Shown piece by piece: positions 9,526 through 18,547 of a stretch of DNA of 64,000 nucleotides. The number at the start of each line of letters is the position of its first letter. Positions within the stretch are counted from its first letter, which is position 1. The translations under genes and the position numbers were made by a program. Source of the stretch: Nannocystis sp. RBIL2 (GTDB lineage Bacteria; Myxococcota_A; Polyangia; Nannocystales; Nannocystaceae); NCBI RefSeq assembly GCF_026626745.1, contig NZ_JAPNJW010000002.1, positions 1,382,151 through 1,446,150 of the forward strand. The letters run 5' to 3'. The notes below the pieces were generated by a model. It was not told the origin of the DNA and ran no database searches. It saw only the letters and a list, made by a program, of their open reading frames with translations.

Positions 9526-9781
9526 TCGCAGACACGCGAGGCCGACGGTCGCGCCTCACGGCGCGCGTCCCATTGTCCAGGAGCTCATCCCAGCGCGAAC
9601 GACCCGCCCGCGGTGCGACCCGGCCCGGCTGGGCCCGCTCGCGACCTGGAGCAGATCCGTGTGGTCCTCGCCACAAAGCTCCGGCGCCCGCGCGTCCTCG
9701 CGCATCGCTCCCGATCGACGCCAGCGCCTGCAGGCCAGGCGTTCCGCCACGTTCTCCGCCGCCATGTCAAGCTAGCTTGAC

Positions 9782-10264
9782 ATGACCGTCGTGTCGCGTA
9801 TCTTTGACATCATGTCAAGCCGAGCTGTCACCGGGGAGGCGCGCCTGAGCACCTCGTTCGCGGAGAAGAGCGTCTGGATCCAGCTGATCGGCGTGGCCGT
9901 CGCGCTGGGCCTCTATTTCGTCGTCGCCGGCTGGATGCTGGCCCGCGGAATCACCATCCTGCCCGCCTTCGCCGGCGTGTTCGTGGTCGCCGTCGTTCTG
10001 CTGGTGACGATCCTCGTGGGCGGCCACCTCGTCGCCGCGCTCGTCGGCCGCCCCGAGCCGACCGACGTGCGCGACCGCGAGATCGAGGGTCGCGCAGAGA
10101 GCCGCACCGGCTGGATCCTCGCCACCGGCGTGATCGGGGCCATCGGCGCCCTCGTCGTCGCAGTCGAGCCGGTGTGGGTCGCGCACCTGTTGCTGCTGTC
10201 GCTGTACCTGGCGGAGCTCGCCCGCCTCGCGCTGCAGCTCGTCTACTACCGGCGCGGGATGTAG
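9782..10264 (+). CDS. Small multi-pass membrane protein (DUF2975-like)
   Basis: About four transmembrane helices; immediately followed by an XRE HTH gene, a known pairing. Confidence 0.55.
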   Translation: MTVVSRIFDIMSSRAVTGEARLSTSFAEKSVWIQLIGVAVALGLYFVVAGWMLARGITILPAFAGVFVVAVVLLVTILVGGHLVAALVGRPEPTDVRDREIEGRAESRTGWILATGVIGAIGALVVAVEPVWVAHLLLLSLYLAELARLALQLVYYRRGM

Positions 10265-10266
10265 CC

Positions 10267-10494
10267 GTGGAGCCCGCACGCGGCAGCGTGAAGAACCGGA
10301 TCCGCCAGCTCCGCTTCGAGCACGGCGAGATGACGCAGCAGGAGCTGGCCGAGCGGATCGGCGTCAGCCGCCAGACCGTCAACGCGATCGAGGGCGGCAA
10401 GTACGCCCCGTCGCTCGAGGTCGCCTTCCGGATCGCCCTCGTCTTCACAGTCCCGCTCGAGACCGTATTTCAGTTCGACCCCGACGCGAAGTGA
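10267..10494 (+). CDS. XRE-family (YozG-like) helix-turn-helix regulator
   Basis: HTH motif QQELAERIGVSRQTVNAIEGGKYAPS. GTG start 2 nt after the membrane-protein stop. Confidence 0.7.
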   Translation: MEPARGSVKNRIRQLRFEHGEMTQQELAERIGVSRQTVNAIEGGKYAPSLEVAFRIALVFTVPLETVFQFDPDAK

Positions 10495-10528
10495 GGGTCC
10501 CGCGCAACTGTCCCTTCGGACAGGCGCA

Positions 10529-11158
10529 TCACTGGACCACGATCGTCACCTCGAACGGCGAGGCCTTGCGCGTGCCCGCGACCGTCCAGCGGTCGAGCGT
10601 GCGCAGCTGCGAGTACGCGCGCAGCAACGCCTCCATGTCGCCCACCTCTTGCCCGGCCACGGTGCGCACCAGGTCGCCATTTTTAAAACCCAGCAGCGCC
10701 AGCGGCGACTGGGAGCGGATCGCGAACAGCTTGAAGCCGACAGCCTTGCCGTCCTCGGTCACCGGCATGAGGCGCACCAGGCGGGCCATGTGTTCGGGCG
10801 CCGCCATGAGGGCATCGATCTCGCTGCGCTTCACCACGCAGGTCCCGTCGGCGCACGTCGGCGTCAGCGTCGCCTCGCCTGCGGGCGCGGCCTCGGGCGC
10901 TGCGTCGGTCGGCGGCGCCGGCGGGGCGCCGCCGGCCTCCAGCGGCGGAGACCGGCTGACCTCGCACAGCACCCGGTCGGCCCGCGCCTTCGCCAGCTCG
11001 GCGGTCAGCGACTCGATCCGCTGCCCCTGCTCCTTGACCAGCGCCGCAGTCGCCGCCAGCTCCTCCCGCATTGCCGCCAGCTCCCTCTCCTTCGCGGGGT
11101 CGCACCCGCCCAGCAGCAGCCCCAGCAGCATCCACGCCTCGATCCGTCGCCCCGGCAT
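10529..11158 (-). CDS. Lipoprotein with GspC/PilP-like C-terminal domain
   Basis: Signal plus lipobox (MPGRRIEAWMLLGLLLGGC), a coiled-coil, and LGFKNGDLVRTVAGQEV, which resembles the type II secretion C-component fold. Confidence 0.5.
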   Translation of the reverse strand: MPGRRIEAWMLLGLLLGGCDPAKERELAAMREELAATAALVKEQGQRIESLTAELAKARADRVLCEVSRSPPLEAGGAPPAPPTDAAPEAAPAGEATLTPTCADGTCVVKRSEIDALMAAPEHMARLVRLMPVTEDGKAVGFKLFAIRSQSPLALLGFKNGDLVRTVAGQEVGDMEALLRAYSQLRTLDRWTVAGTRKASPFEVTIVVQ

Positions 11159-11213
11159 CGACGCCACTTCAACACGTCCGCCCCGGCCGCGACAAGCGCT
11201 ACAGTCCCTGCGC

Positions 11214-11429
11214 GTGACCTTGCCCGCCGAGCCCCGCGAGCCGCTGCTCCTGGCCCTCCGCCGCGCCGACCCGCTCGCCTTCCGCCGCGAGGTGCGGGCG
11301 GTCCTGGCAGCCCAGTGCAGCGTGAGCGCCGGCGCCCGGGCCCTCGGCGTGCGCGAGGCGACCCTGCGCGACCTGCTGGCCGACGACGCCGAGCTGGCCC
11401 GCGGCCTCGACCTCGACGACTGGCCCTGA
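11214..11429 (+). CDS. Possible small Fis-type HTH protein
   Basis: The C-terminal AVLAAQCSVSAGARALGVREATLRDLL resembles a Fis/NtrC HTH. The start is uncertain (GTG). Confidence 0.3.
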   Translation: MTLPAEPREPLLLALRRADPLAFRREVRAVLAAQCSVSAGARALGVREATLRDLLADDAELARGLDLDDWP

Positions 11430-11510
11430 GGACAGGCTCAAATGAACATGACCGTAGAGGCATGTTCCATCGAGCATGTCCATGACACCATGTCGCACAC
11501 GTGACATCGC
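11430..11510. repeat. Cluster of CATG-centred half-palindromes
   Basis: gaACATGacc, ggCATGTTCC, gaGCATGTCC, caCCATGTCG and CACGTGACAT, all within 80 nt. Confidence 0.5.
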
Positions 11511-11961
11511 CCCCGCCGCGTGCCAGACTCGCCGCGTGCTGCAGCCCGTCGTCATCAGCGAAGCCGAGCTCGACCGCCGCCACGGCACCTTCGCCCGGCT
11601 CGCCTCGGGCGGCCGCTACGGCTGCGCCTGCGCCGTCTACGACGGCGACGTCACGATCGACGGCGACGGCTGGCTGGACGACGAGCACTGGTCGCAGCTG
11701 CAGCTCGCCGCCGCCCCCGACGACATCGGCACCATCGTCGTCACCGGCAGCCTGACGGTGCGGGGCGACCTCTGCGTGTCCGACCGGCTGATGTGCGCCG
11801 TCGTCCTCGGCGACCTGGTCGCCCGCGAGCTCGCCATCTTCGAGACCGAGTTCTACGTCGGCGGCGACCTGCGGGTCGAACGCCTGCGCGACCGCGACGA
11901 GTACCTCACGGTCGCCGGCGCGCGCTCGGTCGCCCACCCCGACGTCGATCCCGACGAATGA
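11476..11961 (+). CDS. Hypothetical protein
   Basis: 161-aa ORF downstream of the repeat cluster; the start may be the internal GTG (VLQPVVISE). Confidence 0.4.
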   Translation: MSMTPCRTRDIAPAACQTRRVLQPVVISEAELDRRHGTFARLASGGRYGCACAVYDGDVTIDGDGWLDDEHWSQLQLAAAPDDIGTIVVTGSLTVRGDLCVSDRLMCAVVLGDLVARELAIFETEFYVGGDLRVERLRDRDEYLTVAGARSVAHPDVDPDE

Positions 11962-12022
11962 ACCTGTCCCGAGTGACATGTCCCCCAGGACATGTCACTC
12001 GCCGCCTGTCCCGCAGGACAGC
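11962..12022. repeat. Nested perfect palindromes
   Basis: CCTGTCCcgaGTGACATGTCCcccaGGACATGTCACtcgccgCCTGTCCcgcaGGACAGcc. Lies in the convergent 3' intergenic region before the M16 peptidase. Confidence 0.65.
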
Positions 12023-12029
12023 CCCCGGC

Positions 12030-14897
12030 TCAGCCCTTGCGCCGGCGCGCCCGGACCACGCAGCGTGCCGCGCGCTGCGGGCGGAACAGCGTCCTCGCCA
12101 GCGCCCACACCCCCTCGGCGGTCACCGCCGCCACTCGCTGCGGGTACGCGAACGCCCGCGCGCGCGGCAGCCCGTAGACCTCGGACAGCGCCAGCAGCGA
12201 CGCCATCCGGCTGCGGCGCTGCTGACCGAGCTCGAACTGACCGACCAGCCACGCCTTGGCGCGCTCGACCTCCGCCGCCGACGGCGGCTCTCGCACCGCG
12301 CGCTCGACCTCCGCCGCGATCGCGGCCATCGCCTTCGGCAGCTTGTCCTGGCTCGTCGACGCGTGGATCGCCACGTGGCCGGCGTCGACGCCCTCCACGC
12401 TGCTCATCGACACCTCGTACACCAGCCCCTGGACCTCGCGCAGCGCCGTGAACAGGCGCCCGGTCTGGCCGCCGAGCACCGCGCTGAGCACGTCGAGGGT
12501 CGGCTCGCGCTCGTCGCCGACGGCGATGCCCGGCCAGCCGAGGGCGATGTGGGCCTGCTCGCGGTCCTGGAAGATCTCGCGCTCGCGCGGCCCGGTCGGC
12601 GCCGCGAACTTCTTCGGCGCACCTGGCCCTTCAGACAGCCTGTCTCCGAGGCCAGCCTCGCGCAGCGCCGCCTCGACCTGGGCTGCCGCCGCCGCCACGT
12701 CGATGTCGCCGGCCAGGGCCAGCACCGCCTGCCCGATCGGGTAGTCGCGGCGCCACACCCCGCGCAGCTTGGCCGGCGTCAGCGCCCGCAGCCCGGCCGG
12801 CGTACCGCGGCCCGGGCGGCTGAACGGGTGCTCGCCGTACAGCAGCGCGTTCAGCCCGCGGCTGGCCACCGCGCCCGGATCGTCGACCTCGGCCGCCAGG
12901 TCCTGCAGCGCCACCCGCCGCTCCTCCTCGAGCTCGTCGGCCGCGAACTTCGGCGTGGTCGCGCAGTCGAGCGCGTGCCCGAGCACCGCCGGGAAGTGCC
13001 GGCTCAGGCACTCGAAGTGCAGGCCCAGGCTGTTGCGGCCGGCGAACCCGTCGAGCCCCGCGGCCATCCCGTCGATCGCCCGGCTCAGCGCCTCGCCGCC
13101 GGTGCGGGCGTTGCCGCGGGTGAGCAGCGCCGCGATCAGCGAGTTCGCGCCGGCCAGCGCCGCCGGCTCGCGCCGCAGCCCGCCCGGCCAGATCAGCCAG
13201 CCCGCCGCCACCGGCACCGCCGGCTCGACCCGCGCCAGCAGGCGCAGGCCGCACGCCAGCGTCACCGTCTCGATCCCGTCGCTGGCGCAGCGCGGCCTCA
13301 CCCCGGCGCGCCCCGGCGTCGGCGCCGGCTTCAGCGCCTCGGCCACCGCGGCCTTGAGCGACCTGGCCGTTTGGACATCCACCTCCGCGCGCGGCAGCTC
13401 GAGGCTGACGCTCGCGCGCGCCGGGTCGAGCCAGCGCGCGCAGGCCGAGCGGACCGCCTCGGGCGTCAGCGCCGCCAGGGCCGCGTAGTACTCGCGCTCG
13501 CGGGCGAGGTCGCCGAACAGCGTCGCGCAGGCCCCGAGCGCGTGGGCCTGGCCCTGCACCGTCTCGCGCCGGTACACCAGGTCGCTCTCGAGGATCGCCT
13601 TGGCCCGCGCCAGCTCCTCGGCCGACACCGGCGCGTCCGCCAGCCGCCGCACCTGGGCCACCACCGCCGCCACCGCCGCCGCCGTCTGGTTCGCGGTCGT
13701 GCGCGCCGACACCATCACCGTCCCGCCGTGCCGCAGCGTGTCGCAGTGGGCCTGGATGTCCGAAACGACCTGTTCTTTGCGACGTGTCTCGGCGACCAGG
13801 CGCGACGACTCGCCGTTGCCGAGCACCACCGACGCCGCGTCGATCGCCGCCGCCTCGGCCGCGCCGGCCGCCGGCGCCGGCCAGGCCAGCAGCGCGTAGG
13901 TCTCCTGGACCTCGGCGCGGCGCAGCGTCACCCCCGGCTTCGGCGCCGGCTCGCCCGTCGACGCGCGCCCCTTGGCCGCCGGCAGCGCGCCGACGATCGC
14001 CCGTGCCACCTTGCGCAGCGCGGCCACGTCGACCGCGCCGACCGCCACCAGAGTCAGCCGCTCGCCGGCGTAGGCTCGTCGGTGGTACCCGCGCAGCCGC
14101 GCCGCCGAGTGCCCCGCGACCTCTTCCGCCAGGCCGAGCACCGGCCGCGCGTACGCGTGCGCCCCGTACACCCGCGACAGCGCCGCCTGCGTCACCCGCT
14201 GGCCCGGGTCGTCGTCGTACTGCTTGATCTCCTCGATCACCACCTCGCGCTCCTGCCCCAGAGTGGCCGGGTCGAGCGTCGGGAACAGCGTCGCGGTGGC
14301 CACCAGCGCCGCCGCCTCGGCCGCGCGGGCCGCCGGCGTCGTCACGTGGACCACCGTCTCGTCGTGGCTGGTGAACGCGTTGATGTCGCCGCCGAGCGCC
14401 TCGATCGCGCCCGCGAGATCGAACGCCTCCTCCGTCCGCCGCACCCCGGCCGCCGCCAGGCGCGCGCGGTTGCTCTTCGGGCCATGTCCCAAAGCACATG
14501 GCTTGAAGAGCATGTGCTCGAGCAGGTGGGCGCAGCCGTGCTCGTCCTCCCGCTCGGCCGCGGTGCCCGAGCCGACCCACAGCTGCACCGCCGCCGGCCC
14601 GGCCCCGGCCGGTCGCCCCGGCAGGATCAGCAGGCGGGCGCCGTTGGCCAGCCGCTCGTCGACGAGCGGCGCGAATTGAGTGGCGGCGCCGGGGAGATCG
14701 AGGCCGCGGGGCGAAGGGGGCGAGACGGGCAGATCGGGCACGGTAAAAGCTCGCCGCCCGCCGGTCGCGCGCGGCGCCTCCTCATACCGCGAGTCGCCGC
14801 CCCGCGCATCCTCGCCCGCGCCCGGCGCCGCCCCGCCACCGATTCGCGGCCCCGGGCCGCCAACGCTCGCGGAGCGCCGCCTCCGGGCCGCGGCCAT
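12030..14897 (-). CDS. M16 (pitrilysin/insulinase) family zinc peptidase, two-unit
   Basis: Inverted zincin motif HLLEHMLF (HxxEH) and duplicated M16 halves. N-terminal start uncertain. Contains GCCATGTCCC repeats in frame around 14481. Confidence 0.8.
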   Translation of the reverse strand: MAAARRRRSASVGGPGPRIGGGAAPGAGEDARGGDSRYEEAPRATGGRRAFTVPDLPVSPPSPRGLDLPGAATQFAPLVDERLANGARLLILPGRPAGAGPAAVQLWVGSGTAAEREDEHGCAHLLEHMLFKPCALGHGPKSNRARLAAAGVRRTEEAFDLAGAIEALGGDINAFTSHDETVVHVTTPAARAAEAAALVATATLFPTLDPATLGQEREVVIEEIKQYDDDPGQRVTQAALSRVYGAHAYARPVLGLAEEVAGHSAARLRGYHRRAYAGERLTLVAVGAVDVAALRKVARAIVGALPAAKGRASTGEPAPKPGVTLRRAEVQETYALLAWPAPAAGAAEAAAIDAASVVLGNGESSRLVAETRRKEQVVSDIQAHCDTLRHGGTVMVSARTTANQTAAAVAAVVAQVRRLADAPVSAEELARAKAILESDLVYRRETVQGQAHALGACATLFGDLAREREYYAALAALTPEAVRSACARWLDPARASVSLELPRAEVDVQTARSLKAAVAEALKPAPTPGRAGVRPRCASDGIETVTLACGLRLLARVEPAVPVAAGWLIWPGGLRREPAALAGANSLIAALLTRGNARTGGEALSRAIDGMAAGLDGFAGRNSLGLHFECLSRHFPAVLGHALDCATTPKFAADELEEERRVALQDLAAEVDDPGAVASRGLNALLYGEHPFSRPGRGTPAGLRALTPAKLRGVWRRDYPIGQAVLALAGDIDVAAAAAQVEAALREAGLGDRLSEGPGAPKKFAAPTGPREREIFQDREQAHIALGWPGIAVGDEREPTLDVLSAVLGGQTGRLFTALREVQGLVYEVSMSSVEGVDAGHVAIHASTSQDKLPKAMAAIAAEVERAVREPPSAAEVERAKAWLVGQFELGQQRRSRMASLLALSEVYGLPRARAFAYPQRVAAVTAEGVWALARTLFRPQRAARCVVRARRRKG

Positions 14898-15139
14898 GAA
14901 CCGCGTCCCGCCCCGTCCTCCGCTCGCGGACCGCCGTCACCGCCCCTCCCTGTCGATCTCGTCACGCACCCCGCCGCGATCTCGACCGCGCTCGGCACCG
15001 TCGCACCACCGACGAGCCCGCTCGGCGATCTCGCCGCCGACGCCGGCTGTCGTCATTCCCGGCCGCTCCCTCCGCCTGCGCGCCCACGCCCGCGCCCGCA
15101 GGCCGGTGCGCCGCCCGTGTTCTGCGGTATGGTCCCGCC

Positions 15140-17008
15140 GTGCTCTCTCCGACGCTCGCGTTGCGCTGCCCGCATTGCCAGCACGCCCTCTCGCTCGCCG
15201 ACCTCCGCGACGCCGCCGACTGCCCTGCGTGCCGCCAGTCCCACGGCTTGCCTCCGGCCGTCGCCGACGCCCTGGCCCTCTACGAGCGGGCGATCCAGCA
15301 AGCAGTCAGCGACCTGGTCCACAGCGCACCTGTCCCGAAGGTCAGCCCCGAACCCGAGGCCGAGGCCCCGCCGCCGAGCCCGCGGCTCCACGCGCGCCAC
15401 CAGCCCGGCCCCTCGGCCCGGCTGCTCGCCGCTCCCGTCCCGCCGACCACCCTGCTCTCGATCGGCCCGGCCCCGCCGCCCGCAGTCCCGGCCCCCGTGC
15501 GACCTGTCCTGAGGGACAGCGCTGCTCCGCTCGACGCTCCCGAGCCCGGCGACACCTTGCAAGGCCCCCGCCCCGGTCGCTGGGCGGAAGCCCGACCCGG
15601 CACCCTGCCGGCCGAGCTGGCCGCGGGCCTGGGCGTCCACGGCCACGACGCCGCGCCGGAGCCGGCCCAGCTGTCCCTGCCCGTCGAAGCAACTGTCTCC
15701 GCGGACACGCGATTCCAACCTGTCCCCACGGACAGCCGGAACATCGACCCCAAGGACACGCGATCTCAACCTGTCCCCACGGACAGCCAGCACTTATCTG
15801 CCCCTTCGGACAGCCACATCACCGCCCGCCACACCTCCCCGCCACCTGTCCCTGCAGACAGCTCACCCGCCGCCCCGGCCCCGCTCACCGCGGTCGCTCC
15901 CGGCTTCGACCCCGCCGCGCTGTCCGGCCCCTTGCCCGCCCCGCGCGAGCAGGCACCTGGCCTCGGGGCCAGCCTCGCCCGCGACCCGGCCGCGCGGACG
16001 ACCGCCAGCGACACCCTCCCCGGCGCCGCGTTGAACCCGTCGAACTCCTCGCTCCTGGCGATCCTCTCCAACCGCTCCGGCGCCAGCCTCAGCACGCCCT
16101 CCTCGACGGCGGGGCTCGCGGCTCCGCCCGGCGGTCTGGCCGAGGCGCCGCTGGTGGTCGCCGCGGTGCGCGAGCCCGCCGACCGCCCGCCGTCCCCCGC
16201 GACCCAGGAGCTGATCGCCGCAGTCCGCTCCTTCCTCCCCGATCGCCGCGACGTCGCCGGCCCCGAGCCCGAGGGGCGGATCCCCGCCAGCGCCCTCGCG
16301 GTCGCCCGCCGCGCCCTCCTGGCCCGCCACGCCGACGAGCGGCGCCAGCAGCAAGTCCACGACGGCGGCCTCGGTCTCCTGTTCGCCGCCATCGTCTGCG
16401 GCGGCCTGCTCCTGTTCGGCCTGTGGTACGTCGCCGCCCCGATCGCCGTCCTCGCCGTCCTCCTGCGTCTGCGCCGCGAGGAGCGCGGCGAGCGGTTCGG
16501 CGCCGAGGTCCAGCGCCTCGGCGACGCGCTCGGCGGCCAGCGCCTCCCCAGCTACGACGCCATCGCCGCGTGGTTCGATCGTCTGTGGCCCGCGCCCGTC
16601 AGCCCCGAGGCGATGTGGACCAGCCACCTGCACGGGGCGGTCCGCTGCGACGTGCACGGCTTCCCCGCGCTGGTCGACGTCCACCTGAACGAAAAGACAG
16701 CCGGCGGCGTCGTCTACCCGCCGCGGATCACCGCCTACCTCGCCGCCCTCTGGCCCAGCCGCGTGCCCTCTCTGCGCATCACCGCCACCGACCTCACCCC
16801 CGCCGCCCAGGCCCGGCTCGCGCGCCTGCGCAAGGCCGGCTACACCGTCGTCGCCGACGCCCACGGCGGCCTCATCATGCGCGCCAGCGAGTCGATCGCC
16901 CAGGCCGCGCGGGCGGACATCACCCGTCTGCCCGCGCTGCAGGTCCCGATCGGCGAGCTCGCCGACCTCGCCCGCGACCTCGGGGCCGAGCCCGTCCCCG
17001 CGCCCTAG
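15140..17008 (+). CDS. Membrane protein with N-terminal zinc ribbon, long Pro-rich disordered region and C-terminal cytoplasmic domain
   Basis: CPHCQH...CPACRQ zinc ribbon, one transmembrane helix (LLFAAIVCGGLLLFGLWYVAAPIAVLAVLL). The disordered region is built from in-frame palindromic repeats (PVPTDS, three copies). Confidence 0.55.
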   Translation: MLSPTLALRCPHCQHALSLADLRDAADCPACRQSHGLPPAVADALALYERAIQQAVSDLVHSAPVPKVSPEPEAEAPPPSPRLHARHQPGPSARLLAAPVPPTTLLSIGPAPPPAVPAPVRPVLRDSAAPLDAPEPGDTLQGPRPGRWAEARPGTLPAELAAGLGVHGHDAAPEPAQLSLPVEATVSADTRFQPVPTDSRNIDPKDTRSQPVPTDSQHLSAPSDSHITARHTSPPPVPADSSPAAPAPLTAVAPGFDPAALSGPLPAPREQAPGLGASLARDPAARTTASDTLPGAALNPSNSSLLAILSNRSGASLSTPSSTAGLAAPPGGLAEAPLVVAAVREPADRPPSPATQELIAAVRSFLPDRRDVAGPEPEGRIPASALAVARRALLARHADERRQQQVHDGGLGLLFAAIVCGGLLLFGLWYVAAPIAVLAVLLRLRREERGERFGAEVQRLGDALGGQRLPSYDAIAAWFDRLWPAPVSPEAMWTSHLHGAVRCDVHGFPALVDVHLNEKTAGGVVYPPRITAYLAALWPSRVPSLRITATDLTPAAQARLARLRKAGYTVVADAHGGLIMRASESIAQAARADITRLPALQVPIGELADLARDLGAEPVPAP

Positions 17009-17012
17009 CGCC

Positions 17013-17438
17013 GTGTCCGTCACGCGTGAACACGCGACCACGTCCGCCCGGTGTCCCCAGTGTGGGACCGGCGTGACCGTGCATCACACCGTCGCCCGCC
17101 GCGACGACGGGGTCCGTTGGTCCACCGCGATCCGCTGCCTCGCCTGCGGCCTCTCGCTCGAGTCGGACAGCAACGCCGGCGACTCGGCCGCGCGAGCCGC
17201 CGTGCTGGCCACCAACGGCTCGTGGATCGTCCGCCTCACCAGCCTCGGCCCGCGACCGATCCGCGTCCTGCGGGCCCTCCGCGACACTCTCGGCCTCTCG
17301 CCCGCCGTCGCCCGCACGCGCCTCGCCGCCCTCGCCCAGGGCACCCGCGTCGAGATGGAGGCGCTGCTGGCCAAGTTCGTCCGCGAGGGCGCCGAGGGCA
17401 CCTGCGTCCGCGTCGAGCCGACCTCCGGCCCGCGCTGA
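17013..17438 (+). CDS. Zinc-ribbon protein with ribosomal L7/L12 C-terminal-like domain
   Basis: CPQCG...CLACG, then IRVLRALRDTLGLSPAVARTRLAALAQGTRVEMEALLAKFVREGAEGTCVRV, which resembles the L7/L12 CTD. Confidence 0.45.
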   Translation: MSVTREHATTSARCPQCGTGVTVHHTVARRDDGVRWSTAIRCLACGLSLESDSNAGDSAARAAVLATNGSWIVRLTSLGPRPIRVLRALRDTLGLSPAVARTRLAALAQGTRVEMEALLAKFVREGAEGTCVRVEPTSGPR

Positions 17439-17605
17439 CCGACGACCCCGACCCTCCTCGCGCAGCGCCGCCGATGCATGGCCCATCCATCGCATCGAGG
17501 ACCTCGCCCCCGTCCTCGCGTCGCGCGTGGAGACCTCCGCGCCTCGCTCCGCCGCGAGCGTTGCCGCGCCGCCGAATCGACGGCGCCTTTGGTTATGCTC
17601 GCAGC

Positions 17606-18370
17606 ATGGGTTCGTTGCGAGACAAGGTCGCGCTGATCGTCGGCGGCAACTCGGGCATCGGCAAGGCGACCGCCTTCGCCTTCGCCGACGCCGGGGCCAG
17701 GATCGTGGTCGCCGCCCGTCGCCGGGCCGAGGGGCTCGACGTCGTCGAGCAGCTGCGCGCCCGCGGCACCCCTGCGATCTTCGTCCCCCTCGACGTCACC
17801 GTCGAGGACGACATCGTCGCCGGCGTCGCCGCCACCGTCGCCGAGTTCGGCCGCCTCGACTGCGCGGTCAACTCCGCCGGCATCTGCGAGGACTTCGGCC
17901 CCGTCACCGACGTCGACGGCGCCGCCTTCGATCGCATGATGGCCGTCAACGTCCGCGGCACCCTCCTCGGCATGAAGCACCAGCTGAAGCAGATGGTCGC
18001 GCAGGGCGGCGGCGGCAGCATCGTCAACGTCGCCTCGATCCTCTCCCACGTCGGCACGCCCACCGGTTCGGCCTACGTCGCCACCAAGCACGCCGTCCTC
18101 GGCATCACCCGCTCGGCCGCCCTCGGCCACGCCAAGCAGGGCATCCGCGTCAACTGCGTCGCCCCGACCGCCATCACCGGCACGCCGATGGTCGACAACG
18201 CCCTGGCGAACTTCCCCGCGGTCATGGAGCCCGTCATCTCCGCCATCCCGATGGGCCGCCCCGGCCGCGCCGACGAGGTCGGCCGCGCGATCGCCTGGCT
18301 CAGCAGCGACGACGCCGCCTTCATCTCCGGCCACTCCCTGGCGATCGACGGCGCCCAGCTCGCCATGTGA
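17606..18370 (+). CDS. Short-chain dehydrogenase/reductase
   Basis: GGNSGIGKA, NSAG and YVATKHA motifs. Start MGSLRDKVALIVGG at 17606. Confidence 0.85.
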   Translation: MGSLRDKVALIVGGNSGIGKATAFAFADAGARIVVAARRRAEGLDVVEQLRARGTPAIFVPLDVTVEDDIVAGVAATVAEFGRLDCAVNSAGICEDFGPVTDVDGAAFDRMMAVNVRGTLLGMKHQLKQMVAQGGGGSIVNVASILSHVGTPTGSAYVATKHAVLGITRSAALGHAKQGIRVNCVAPTAITGTPMVDNALANFPAVMEPVISAIPMGRPGRADEVGRAIAWLSSDDAAFISGHSLAIDGAQLAM

Positions 18371-18487
18371 GCGCTGCGCATTATCTGTCCATTTGGGCAT
18401 GTCCATTCAGACATGGCTCAAAAGACAGCAACGAACGTGAGGCCGGTTACGTGAGCATCGCGCGGGCGTTCGACTCTGTCTCTTCAA

Positions 18488-18525
18488 GAATGTCCTCCAG
18501 GACATGTCCTCTCGGGCATGTCCTC
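18488..18525. repeat. Second triple tandem ATGTCCTC array
   Basis: gAATGTCCTCcagGACATGTCCTCtcgGGCATGTCCTCg, in the convergent 3' intergenic region between the SDR and the S41 peptidase. Confidence 0.6.
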
Positions 18526-18547
18526 GACCCATCACCCCGGCCGCGCC

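Noticed and set aside
12631-14580. 649-aa minus-strand ORF inside the M16 peptidase gene
   Set aside because: It is an alternate frame of the same strand. Its Gly/Arg-rich junk composition contrasts with the clear HxxEH peptidase frame.
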